This document shows positions 41,044 through 50,069 of a DNA stretch of 64,000 nt, piece by piece. Position 1 is the stretch's first letter. The number at the start of each line of letters is the position of its first letter. Source of the stretch: a virus. Lineage: Duplodnaviria > Caudoviricetes. The stretch lies in the IMG/VR virus record IMGVR_UViG_3300044655_001017. One strand, written 5' to 3'. The position numbers were made by a program, and so were the translations under genes. Below the pieces are notes generated by a model, which saw only the letters and a program-made list of their open reading frames with translations, was not told the origin of the DNA and searched no databases.

Positions 41044-42795
41044 ATGGCATGGCGAAAACACTTTTCACCGGTTGACACAAACGGTGAAGTTTCACGTACA
41101 GTTGGATTATCAAACAATTCAAAAGCAGGTCCTGCTAGAACTAACTATTCTAGTTACCTGCCTGATGTTTATACCGGTAGTCCAAATCGTATTGAACGAT
41201 ATCAACAATATGAAGTAATGGATAGTGACCCAGAAATTAATGCAGCACTAGATATTCTTGCTGAATTTTGTACACAAAAATTAAAAGATGGTAAAAGTCC
41301 ATTTAACGTACGGTGGAATAGTAAAGGTACTAATTCAGAAATACGAATTTTAGGTGAATACTTACAACAATGGAACAAATTACAACAATTTGATACTAAA
41401 ATCTTTCGCATTGTTCGTAATGTATTTAAGTATGGTGATGCATTCTTTGTTAGAGATCCTGAAACACAAAAATGGAGTTGGGTTGACCCTAGTAAAATTG
41501 TAAAAATTATTGTAAATGAAAGCGACGGAAAGAAACCCGAACAATATATTATTAAAGATTTAGCTCCTAACTTTGAAAATTTAGTTGCTACACAGATAAC
41601 TCCTAATATCAATCCTAGACAATCAGGCGGCGGTATGACCTCAGGTGCAGGATATATGGGATCACAAAGCGCACAACGAGGTGCATCAGGACCGTATCCT
41701 AGTGCTAGTTCGGGATCTAGATTTGGTATGGCTGAAACAGAATACGCAATTAATGCCGAACACGTTGTACATTTATCATTATCAGAAGGTTTAGATAACA
41801 ATTATCCGTTTGGTAACAGCTTATTAGAGAATATTTTCAAAGTTTATAAGCAAAAAGAGCTTTTAGAAGATGCTATTTTAATTTATCGTATACAAAGAGC
41901 TCCTGAAAGACGTGTTTTCCACATTGACGTAGGTAATATGCCAAGTCATTTAGCTATGGCGTTTGTAGAAAGAGTTAAAAATGAGATACATCAACGTAGA
42001 ATTCCAAGTCAAAGTGGAGGCGGTCAGAACGTTATTGACAGTGCATACAATCCATTATCAATAAATGAGGACTATTTCTTTCCGCAAACTGCAGAAGGAC
42101 GTGGTTCTAAAGTTGATACACTACCAGGCGGAACTAATCTAGGTGAGATCGACGACTTAAAATTCTTTACAAACAAATTATTTCGAGGTTTACGGATACC
42201 AAGTAGCTACTTACCAACAGGTGCAGATGATTCACAAGCAAGTTTTAATGACGGACGTGTTGGTACAGCATACATTCAAGAGTTAAGATTTAACAAATAC
42301 TGTGAAAGATTACAAAGTTTGATTACAGAATCGTTTACAAACGAATTTAAAATGTATATGTTCTCTAGAGGAATGAACATTGATGCTAATCTATTTGAAT
42401 TAGCGTTTAATCCTCCAATGAACTTTGCCAGTGCTCGGCAAGCAGGATTAGATTCAGAAAGAATTAATACTTTTAATACAATACAAGCCGTACCTTACAT
42501 GAGTAAACGCTTTGCACTTAAGAGATTTTTAGGATTAAATGAAGATGAAATGGCAGAAAATGAAAGATTATGGGGTGAAGAACAAGGTAAAGGCCAGCCT
42601 ACACATACAGATGCTGCAGGCGAACTGCGTAGTGCAGGGTTATCCGCAGCAGGTATGGAGGGAGACTTAGGTATGGCAGGAAATCTAGCCGCTCCTGCTG
42701 ATATGGGAATGGGCATGGATGCAGGAATGGGCGGCATGGGCGGTAGCATGCCTCCAGCTGCACCCATGGGTGGCGCTGCTCCATCGATAGGATAA
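41044..42795 (+). CDS. gp20: Portal protein, T4 gp20-like (583 aa)
   Basis: YEVMDSDPEINAALD, LLEDAILIYRIQRAPERRVFHIDVGNMP, EDYFFPQTAEGRGSKV.TLPGG.NLGEIDD. Confidence 0.95.
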   Translation: MAWRKHFSPVDTNGEVSRTVGLSNNSKAGPARTNYSSYLPDVYTGSPNRIERYQQYEVMDSDPEINAALDILAEFCTQKLKDGKSPFNVRWNSKGTNSEIRILGEYLQQWNKLQQFDTKIFRIVRNVFKYGDAFFVRDPETQKWSWVDPSKIVKIIVNESDGKKPEQYIIKDLAPNFENLVATQITPNINPRQSGGGMTSGAGYMGSQSAQRGASGPYPSASSGSRFGMAETEYAINAEHVVHLSLSEGLDNNYPFGNSLLENIFKVYKQKELLEDAILIYRIQRAPERRVFHIDVGNMPSHLAMAFVERVKNEIHQRRIPSQSGGGQNVIDSAYNPLSINEDYFFPQTAEGRGSKVDTLPGGTNLGEIDDLKFFTNKLFRGLRIPSSYLPTGADDSQASFNDGRVGTAYIQELRFNKYCERLQSLITESFTNEFKMYMFSRGMNIDANLFELAFNPPMNFASARQAGLDSERINTFNTIQAVPYMSKRFALKRFLGLNEDEMAENERLWGEEQGKGQPTHTDAAGELRSAGLSAAGMEGDLGMAGNLAAPADMGMGMDAGMGGMGGSMPPAAPMGGAAPSIG

Positions 42796-42803
42796 ATAGA
42801 TAT

Positions 42804-43040
42804 ATGATACTACGAGAACTTTTTTACATTGACCCTAACACAAGACATGTTGCAAGCGATATGCGGTATAATCCAAATGATGATAAATCGTTAATGCAGC
42901 GGTCAGATACGCGCAAGACACGGTTGTCTCTCAGACAAATTAACGAATTACGTAAGAGCAGCGAAGCTCATATTTTAGAACAAGAGGTTGAATTAGCATT
43001 TGTTCATTCAATGTATTCAACACCGCCCCCGGCGGCATAA
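42804..43040 (+). CDS. Small head-module protein (78 aa)
   Basis: GATAAATA at 42791. Lies between the portal and scaffold genes. Confidence 0.6.
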   Translation: MILRELFYIDPNTRHVASDMRYNPNDDKSLMQRSDTRKTRLSLRQINELRKSSEAHILEQEVELAFVHSMYSTPPPAA

Positions 43041-43152
43041 ATAATTTCTAAAATATTAAAAAACCACCGGTTTGACCCCATATTTACGTTCTTTTTTATA
43101 AGTAGTGTAAATATAAGACAGCCTTGTATAAAATTTATCACAGGAGATTAAC

Positions 43153-43998
43153 ATGACTGACCGTACAAAATTTGAAGCCATGCTTGAGGCATTGATCAAC
43201 GAAGATCATGAAGCAGCAAAAGATATTTTTCACAACATTGTAGTAGGTAAATCACGCGAGATTTACGAAAGATTATTAGCAGAAGAATTTGAAGAAGAAG
43301 AAGATGATGCTGAAGATGATTCTGAAGATGACGCATTTGGTGATGATGAAGAAGGCGAAGACGATGACATGTTTGGTGCTGACGACGAAGAAGGCGAAGA
43401 CGATGACATGTTTGGTGATGACGACGAAAACGATGAATTTGGTGATGACGAATTTGGTGATGAAGGCGATGAAGGTTTAGAAGACCGCGTTCTTGATTTA
43501 GAAGATGCATTAGACGAATTAAAATCAGAATTTGAACAATTATTAGCCGGCGAAGAAGATGAACCAGAACATGATGACATGTTTGGCGGCGACGAATTAG
43601 GCGACGACGACATGGCCGGTATGGATGACATGGGCAGCGACGAATTCGGCGCAGGGGAAGAAGAAAATGAATTCCAAAGCATGTTTGAATATGTAAACAA
43701 AGTTGCATTACCTAAACATGGTAACAACGGTGATAACAACACAAGTTTGTTTAATAAACCTAAATACAATGACATGGGCGGCGTAGCTCCTAAATTTGGT
43801 GGCACAGCTTCAGGCGAAGGCACTAAAGGTGGATTATTAAAACCTACAACAACTAAAATGGACGGTGGAAACCAAAATGTACCTGGCAACGCAAAAGCTC
43901 CTAAGTTACAAAAAGTACCTGCAGGACACGGTAGTGAAAGAAAAGGCACTGGCGAAAAAGCAGCAAACACAAGAAGTTTGATACCAGGTAGAAAGTAA
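43153..43998 (+). CDS. Acidic prohead core/scaffold-like protein (281 aa)
   Basis: Extremely D/E-rich centre with a 39-bp-period duplication at 43348-43417. AGGAG RBS; directly upstream of the prohead protease. Confidence 0.7.
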   Translation: MTDRTKFEAMLEALINEDHEAAKDIFHNIVVGKSREIYERLLAEEFEEEEDDAEDDSEDDAFGDDEEGEDDDMFGADDEEGEDDDMFGDDDENDEFGDDEFGDEGDEGLEDRVLDLEDALDELKSEFEQLLAGEEDEPEHDDMFGGDELGDDDMAGMDDMGSDEFGAGEEENEFQSMFEYVNKVALPKHGNNGDNNTSLFNKPKYNDMGGVAPKFGGTASGEGTKGGLLKPTTTKMDGGNQNVPGNAKAPKLQKVPAGHGSERKGTGEKAANTRSLIPGRK

Positions 43999-44001
43999 TA
44001 T

Positions 44002-44628
44002 ATGTTACATCTCCGAGAAAACCTTAGCTTCAACGAAGCACAAATGATCGTTGAATCCGACGACAAGGAAGGAAAAAGTTTGTATATGAGCGGTATTTGT
44101 ATACAAGGCGGTATCCGTAACGCAAATCAACGTGTGTATCCTGTGAGCGAGATTAGCAAGGCTGTTAAAACCCTCAACGATCAAATTCAAAACGGTTATT
44201 CTGTGCTCGGAGAAGTAGATCATCCAGATGATCTAAAAATAAACTTAGACCGAGTTTCACATATGATAACTAACATGTGGATGGAAGGTCCAAATGGTTA
44301 CGGTAAACTTAAAATTTTACCAACACCAATGGGACAATTAATCAAAACAATGTTAGAAAGCGGAGTGAAACTTGGCGTCAGTTCACGCGGATCTGGTAAC
44401 GTTAGTGATAGCGGATCCGGTGAAGTTTCAGATTTTGAGATTATCACAGTTGATATGGTAGCTCAACCTAGCGCACCAGGAGCTTACCCTACGCCAATTT
44501 ATGAACACCTAATGAATACAAAAGGTGGACTTAAATCTTTTCGCATAGCGGAAGAAGTTAGAGGAGATCCTCAAGCGCAAAAATACCTCAAAGAGAGCTT
44601 ATTGAATATAATAAGCAAACTCCAATAG
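44002..44628 (+). CDS. gp21: Prohead core protease, gp21-like (208 aa)
   Basis: GICIQG..RN.NQRVYP, GEVDHP, GVSSRGSG and DMVAQPSAPGA. Confidence 0.93.
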   Translation: MLHLRENLSFNEAQMIVESDDKEGKSLYMSGICIQGGIRNANQRVYPVSEISKAVKTLNDQIQNGYSVLGEVDHPDDLKINLDRVSHMITNMWMEGPNGYGKLKILPTPMGQLIKTMLESGVKLGVSSRGSGNVSDSGSGEVSDFEIITVDMVAQPSAPGAYPTPIYEHLMNTKGGLKSFRIAEEVRGDPQAQKYLKESLLNIISKLQ

Positions 44629-44644
44629 TACAGGAGAATCACAT

Positions 44645-45739
44645 ATGTTGGATGCACTAAAAACTTTATTTGAAAACAATGTGGTTTCGGCAGAGATCAA
44701 AGAGTCTATTGAGCAAGCATGGGAATCACGCATTGTAGAAAACCGTAATCAGGTTGCTCAACAACTACGCGAAGAATTTGCTCAAAAATATGAGCATGAT
44801 AAAAACACTATGGTTGAAGCAGTAGATCGTATGATCTCTGAACAACTATCAAGTGAACTTAGCGAATTTGTAGATGATCGTAAACAACTAGCAGAAATGA
44901 AAGTTAAATTTGCTAGAAAAATGACCGAAAGCGCAAAGACTGTTAACACATTTGTTACCCGTCAATTAGCACAAGAAGTTAAAGAATTACACGAAGATCA
45001 AATGTCAATGGCAAATAAATTTGGCACATTAGAACACTTCGTAGTAGAAGCTCTTGCACAAGAAATTGCAGAGTTCTATAAAGATAAAAAAGACGTAGCC
45101 GAATCAAAAGTTCGTCTGATTCGTGAAGGTCGTCAAGAAATCAAACGAGTAAAACAAGAATTTGTAAAACGCGCAGCAGTAATGGTTGAAAGTGTTGTAG
45201 GTCAAACCTTAAACGCTGAAATTACTTCATTAAAAGAAGATATTGAATCAGCTCGTCGTACAGATTTTGGTCGTAAATTATTCGAAGCGTTTGCTGCTGA
45301 ATATCAATCGAGCTACTTGAATGAAAAATCCGAAACTGCAAAATTGCTCAAAGTCATAGACATGAAAAATTTAGCCATCAATGAAGCTGCACATGCAGTT
45401 GTCAAAGCTGACCGAATATTAGAAAGCAAACAAGCAGAAATCGTTGCGTTGAAAGAGTCGCAAGAAAGAAAAGCAGTTATGAGCGAATTGTTGGCTCCTC
45501 TAAACGCTGAACAACGCTCTATTATGGGCGAATTGATGACGAGTGTAAAAACTTCAAAACTTAACGAAAGTTTTGAAAAATATTTACCAGCAGTAATTTC
45601 TGGTAAACAAGCACCACAAAAAAGACAAGCTCTTGTAGAAGCTAAAGAAATAACCGGAAACAAGATTGTTTCCACAACCACCCGTAGCAGCGAAGATGAA
45701 TCAAACATTATTGATATCCGCCGCCTCGCTGGTCTATAA
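44645..45739 (+). CDS. gp22: Prohead scaffolding protein, gp22-like (364 aa)
   Basis: Coiled-coil E/K/A-rich protein between the protease and major capsid genes. Confidence 0.8.
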   Translation: MLDALKTLFENNVVSAEIKESIEQAWESRIVENRNQVAQQLREEFAQKYEHDKNTMVEAVDRMISEQLSSELSEFVDDRKQLAEMKVKFARKMTESAKTVNTFVTRQLAQEVKELHEDQMSMANKFGTLEHFVVEALAQEIAEFYKDKKDVAESKVRLIREGRQEIKRVKQEFVKRAAVMVESVVGQTLNAEITSLKEDIESARRTDFGRKLFEAFAAEYQSSYLNEKSETAKLLKVIDMKNLAINEAAHAVVKADRILESKQAEIVALKESQERKAVMSELLAPLNAEQRSIMGELMTSVKTSKLNESFEKYLPAVISGKQAPQKRQALVEAKEITGNKIVSTTTRSSEDESNIIDIRRLAGL

Positions 45740-45757
45740 AAATTTAGGAGAATTTAA

Positions 45758-46927
45758 ATGTCAGAACTACTTAATGGCCGTTGGGCAGAAACAAAACAAG
45801 CACTTTTAGAAGGCTTGTCAGGTACAAAAAAATCAGTAATGGGCGTAACACTTGAAAATACACGTAAGTATTTGATAGAATCTCCTACTGCTGGTGCTAC
45901 TTCTGCTGGAAACGTTGCAACTTTAAACCGTGTAATTTTACCAGTAATTAGACGTGTAATGCCAACCGTTATTGCTAACGAATTGGTAGGTGTACAACCA
46001 ATGACTGGCCCAGTTGGCCAAATCCACACATTGCGTGTTCGTTATGCAGACAGTTCAAATAGTACTGTAGCAGGCGAAGAAGCATTGAGTCCATTCAAAA
46101 TTGCAGAAGCTTATTCAGGTAATGATTCAACTTCTAATGCTAAAGCAGCTTCAACTGCAACTTTAGAAGGACAACCAGGCAAAAAAATGAGTATTCAAAT
46201 CTTGAAACAAACAGTTGAAGCTAAAACACGTAAGTTGTCAGCTCGCTGGACATTTGAATCTGCTCAAGATGCTCAATCACAACAAGGTATTGATGTAGAA
46301 GCAGAAATTATGGCTGCGTTGGCTCAAGAAATTACTGCTGAGATTGATCAAGAAATTATCACTTCATTATTAACTTTAGCTGGTTCAGACGTTGAAACTT
46401 ATAACCAAGCTGCAGTTTCTGGTACAGCAACTTTTGTTGGTGACGAACACGCTGCATTAGCTGTTCAAATCAACCGTGTAAGCAACTTGATTGCACAACG
46501 TACACGTCGTGGTGCTGGTAACTATGCTGTTGTATCACCATTTGCATTAACAATTTTACAATCAGCTACTACTTCAGCTTTTGCTCGTACAACTGAAGGT
46601 ACTTTTGAAGCTCCAACTAACACAAAATTTGTTGGTACATTAAACAACTCATTGAAAGTGTATGTAAACAGCTATGCACAAGACAGCACTTCAATCTTAA
46701 TTGGTTACAAAGGTGGTTCAGAATCAGACGCTCCTGCGTTTTATTGCCCTTACATTCCTTTGATGTCATCAGGTGTTGTTTTAGATCCATCAACATTTGA
46801 ACCAGTTGTATCGTTCATGACACGTTATGGTTATGTTGAATTGTCTAACACTGCATCATCTTTAGGTAACGCTGCTGACTATTTAGGTCGTGTTGGTATT
46901 ACTAACGGTAACGTTAAATTTAGCTAA
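45758..46927 (+). CDS. gp23: Major capsid protein, gp23-like (389 aa)
   Basis: RRVMPTVIANELVGVQPMTGPVGQIHTLR, TVEAKTRKLSARWT.E.AQD, FYCPYIPL and TRYG. Confidence 0.95.
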   Translation: MSELLNGRWAETKQALLEGLSGTKKSVMGVTLENTRKYLIESPTAGATSAGNVATLNRVILPVIRRVMPTVIANELVGVQPMTGPVGQIHTLRVRYADSSNSTVAGEEALSPFKIAEAYSGNDSTSNAKAASTATLEGQPGKKMSIQILKQTVEAKTRKLSARWTFESAQDAQSQQGIDVEAEIMAALAQEITAEIDQEIITSLLTLAGSDVETYNQAAVSGTATFVGDEHAALAVQINRVSNLIAQRTRRGAGNYAVVSPFALTILQSATTSAFARTTEGTFEAPTNTKFVGTLNNSLKVYVNSYAQDSTSILIGYKGGSESDAPAFYCPYIPLMSSGVVLDPSTFEPVVSFMTRYGYVELSNTASSLGNAADYLGRVGITNGNVKFS

Positions 46928-46951
46928 GGTTTACTTAACTTTATTTTACAC

Positions 46952-46978
46952 AAAAGGGCTCTTAGGAGCCCTTTTTTT
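46952..46978 (+). terminator. Rho-independent terminator after the capsid gene
   Basis: AAAAGGGCTC-TTAG-GAGCCCTTTTTTT. Confidence 0.9.
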
Positions 46979-46992
46979 ATGGTAAATACATT

Positions 46993-47565
46993 ATGACTAC
47001 ACAATATTATCATCCTAAAATAACTATCGAATATAGAGAACACACTGATTTAATTCAACCTTTAGTTGAGTGGAATATCAACGGCACATTAACACCAGAC
47101 AATCCTATTACTAGTAGACAACCACTTCATACAGTTAGTGGACTATGGATGGAAAAATTCCTTAGTCATACTACTGAATTATGGTTTTCTAAATTTGATA
47201 TTCCTGATGCAGGATTGAATGTAATTGGTATAGAATTGTATTTAGATGTACATCGACTTTCAAGAATTGAAGATTTACGCATACAACTTAGACTCAACGG
47301 TGAATATATTGGTGATAATATGGCTAGTCCTGTTGATCCAGTACAGAGTAATATGTATACAGGTGAAAACAGCCCATTAATTCCTATCATTGGCAATACA
47401 AATGTATACGGAAGTGCTGATAACCAATGGGGAACTACCTTAACAAGTGCAGATGTTGCTAATGAGTCATTTGGTGTTGCAATTAGTTTTAGAAGCAATC
47501 AAGTTTATCCGCATCGTGATTTAGTTATTGTAAATCAGATAGGCGTAGGTATCACCTACGGATAA
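46993..47565 (+). CDS. Hypothetical late protein (190 aa)
   Basis: GTAAATA at 46982, followed by an intact ORF. Confidence 0.65.
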   Translation: MTTQYYHPKITIEYREHTDLIQPLVEWNINGTLTPDNPITSRQPLHTVSGLWMEKFLSHTTELWFSKFDIPDAGLNVIGIELYLDVHRLSRIEDLRIQLRLNGEYIGDNMASPVDPVQSNMYTGENSPLIPIIGNTNVYGSADNQWGTTLTSADVANESFGVAISFRSNQVYPHRDLVIVNQIGVGITYG

Positions 47566-47568
47566 ATA

Positions 47569-47645
47569 CTTTGTCAAATAAGTGCCGTAATTGCGGACTT
47601 ATGCAGTGACCCACTGCGTATGACATAAAACGTCAAAAGGAGAAA
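47569..47645 (+). promoter_or_regulatory. Structured 5' leader of the 316-aa gene
   Basis: Three consecutive hairpins (47578-47602, 47600-47620, 47621-47635) between GATAAATA at 47561 and the AAGGAG RBS. Confidence 0.55.
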
Positions 47646-47649
47646 TCAA

Positions 47650-48600
47650 ATGGGACGTCCATTAAATAAAAAATATTTTGGTAACCGCAACGTCGGTTCA
47701 ATATCAACAATTGCTGACGATGGTATCGTTGGTAAAGGTGTAGCTAGCATTCCAGTAACAGCTGCTAGTTCATATACAGTTCGCCCAACTGTAACATTAA
47801 CAGGCGCACCAGACTTATTAAACAGTGTAGCTGCTACTGCAACTATCACATCACAAGTTAACACTGTTAGTTCTTTTGTAGGCGGCACAAATTACAGTCA
47901 AGGTGATACATTTACTATTGGTAACGGTACTATTTTTACAGTTGCAACTGTTAATGGTTCTGGTGTAATTCAAACACTTAACGTTACTAACGGCGGTACA
48001 TTCCTTTATGCAGATGGTGCATTAGCTACTGGTGCTCGCACAACTTCTATTATTAGTGCAACTAACCCATTAGCTACTGGTGCAACTGTTACATTAACAT
48101 ATAAAGCTAAAGAAGTTTTAATTACTGACGCTGGTTCAGGTTATTCAACAACTGTACCAACTGCAACTGCAACACAATCTGTAACATTAGGTACTGTTGT
48201 TATGACAAGCCCGGTTGGAAATACTGCAGTTACAGGTACTGCTGCTAACCCAGATCCAGGTATCATTGCATATGCATTTACTGGTTCAAGCTCTAAACAA
48301 GCTGATATCGTTAAACAAGTTGCAAAAGATCGTTACAAAGTTAATACATCTGACACAAGTGGAACTCCTGTTGTTGCTCAATTAAAATCTTCTGCAGCTA
48401 CTGCGTTAGGCGAAATGACTATTAATGCAACCGATAGTGCAAACGGCACATATTGGGTTGTTAAATTAACTAGCCATAAAGCAACAATCTATCCTAACAC
48501 CGGTACACAATTTCCATTAGTTAACAGTCAACCACAAGTAGTACAGTGGACTTTTAGTACACCTACTGTAGGTGTATCTGTAAAAATCGATAACGCTTAA
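47650..48600 (+). CDS. Virion structural/decoration protein (316 aa)
   Basis: T/A/G/V-rich beta protein with V.....GSGY motifs. Strong RBS and followed by a terminator. Confidence 0.65.
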   Translation: MGRPLNKKYFGNRNVGSISTIADDGIVGKGVASIPVTAASSYTVRPTVTLTGAPDLLNSVAATATITSQVNTVSSFVGGTNYSQGDTFTIGNGTIFTVATVNGSGVIQTLNVTNGGTFLYADGALATGARTTSIISATNPLATGATVTLTYKAKEVLITDAGSGYSTTVPTATATQSVTLGTVVMTSPVGNTAVTGTAANPDPGIIAYAFTGSSSKQADIVKQVAKDRYKVNTSDTSGTPVVAQLKSSAATALGEMTINATDSANGTYWVVKLTSHKATIYPNTGTQFPLVNSQPQVVQWTFSTPTVGVSVKIDNA

Positions 48601-48612
48601 TAAAGATTATAT

Positions 48613-48635
48613 AGAGGGTCGTGAGGCCCTCTTTT
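48613..48635 (+). terminator. Rho-independent terminator
   Basis: AGAGGGTC-GTGA-GGCCCTCT-TTT. Confidence 0.75.
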
Positions 48636-48646
48636 AAGGAATATGA

Positions 48647-49726
48647 ATGTCAAAAATATTAAAAGTTAGTGAAGGTGATTACAGAATAAAAGTCCCTACT
48701 GGTAATTCTATCACATTAGACACTGGTACTACTGGTTCTGTAATTATTACTGGTGATCTTGATATTAAAGGGCAAACGACAACGATTGAATCGACAAATG
48801 CTACGATTAAAGATAACATTATAGTATTAAACAATGGTGAACCACGTACTAATGGTAATGGTATTACCTTAGGGTCTGCCGGAATTTCTATTGATCGAGG
48901 CCGCGACGGCACTATTGTGTTAACTGCTAAAATGCTGTACGAAGAAGCAGTAACTCACTACAATCCAATATTAAATGCAACTGAAAACGGAACCTATGTG
49001 TTATCAACATCTAGAGATTCTACCAATACACTTGCAAGTTTAAAAGTATCATCAGTTGAGCTTAGTGCAATTTCAAATAATGGTACAAACACAAATGGTA
49101 TTGCATTTAATTTACGAAGTACAAATACTACACTAACTGTAATCAATTCAACTTATAACACGGTATCTTACGAAAATCGATTAATTGATTCTAGTCTTAC
49201 TACTAAATTATATGTTAACAGCTACGTAGTTTCTGGAAACTTAAAACCCGCTCCAACGTTTACCCCGTTTTTAGGTAGTATGGCCGACGTTGACACAATT
49301 TATAAAAAAACAGCAGATGTTCCGGGTACTCCTGGTTCTATAACAGCAATGGTTGAAACAACTACTGCTTCAGAAATAATATTTAAAATTAATACAACGC
49401 AACGTGCAATTATTACATCGTCTGGGTTAAGTGTTGATACATTAAATTTATTTGGTACAACTATTAAAAATACCGGAACTGATCCTTTAATTTTAACATC
49501 TGATGCTAACTTAGTCGAAGTAAATGCAGTATTAACATTAGATGATCAAGCATCAAGTCAAACAACTGCAATAACAGGTAAAACAAAATTATATTCAAAA
49601 GATCTTGAAGGGCCTGGCCGAACAGGTATATATTTTACAAATAATAATACTTATGGTGCAACTGCATATAACAATGACGAACTAGTAAGCAGAAATCGAG
49701 CAGTACTATTAAGTATGCTTTTTTAA
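48647..49726 (+). CDS. Fibre-like structural protein (359 aa)
   Basis: V.ITGDLDIKGQTTTIES.N..IKDNIIVLN.GE...G...GISIDRG is a fibre-shaft motif. Confidence 0.65.
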   Translation: MSKILKVSEGDYRIKVPTGNSITLDTGTTGSVIITGDLDIKGQTTTIESTNATIKDNIIVLNNGEPRTNGNGITLGSAGISIDRGRDGTIVLTAKMLYEEAVTHYNPILNATENGTYVLSTSRDSTNTLASLKVSSVELSAISNNGTNTNGIAFNLRSTNTTLTVINSTYNTVSYENRLIDSSLTTKLYVNSYVVSGNLKPAPTFTPFLGSMADVDTIYKKTADVPGTPGSITAMVETTTASEIIFKINTTQRAIITSSGLSVDTLNLFGTTIKNTGTDPLILTSDANLVEVNAVLTLDDQASSQTTAITGKTKLYSKDLEGPGRTGIYFTNNNTYGATAYNNDELVSRNRAVLLSMLF

Positions 49727-49735
49727 GGATAAGAT

Positions 49736-50068
49736 ATGGCAATTTATAACACAGAAGTAACATCATCAAACACTACACTAGCGTCAGGATCAGGAGATCG
49801 AGCAATTACTACTCTTATTTTCTGCAATACCTCAACCTATGTACCTGCAACACCTACTTTAAATCAATCATTATTGTATGTCTACGCAGTACCATCGGGC
49901 GGCACAGCAGGTGCTAGTAACATTATTGTTAACGGTCTTCCAGTACCTGCAGGTGAAACTGTTAGTTTTGATCAAGAAAAAATGGTATTAGGTACTGGAG
50001 ATTCGTTAGTAGCAAAAACCGATTCACTAAGCAATATCACAGCTACAGTAAGCATATTGGCGGTATAA
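49736..50068 (+). CDS. Small beta-sandwich structural protein (110 aa)
   Basis: Similar size and pattern to the 109-aa protein at 58651 (..CN.S......V.........E.K.V...GD.L). Confidence 0.6.
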   Translation: MAIYNTEVTSSNTTLASGSGDRAITTLIFCNTSTYVPATPTLNQSLLYVYAVPSGGTAGASNIIVNGLPVPAGETVSFDQEKMVLGTGDSLVAKTDSLSNITATVSILAV

Positions 50069-50069
50069 C

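Noticed and set aside
42761-42772. 12-bp palindrome CACCCATGGGTG near the portal 3' end
   Set aside because: It lies within Pro-Met-Gly low-complexity codons, and a single occurrence is compatible with chance.
43290-43680. CRISPR-like or non-coding repeat array
   Set aside because: The repeats are in-frame codon repeats of an acidic protein with no unique spacers. The same holds for 5931-6512, 35502-35620 and 38854-39030.
43196-44066. Antisense ORFs of 170 and 267 aa, and similar shadow ORFs (e.g. 5845-6420, 41202-41801, 63314-63988)
   Set aside because: They mirror codon bias and low complexity of well-supported genes in another frame or strand, and have no RBS or recognisable motifs.
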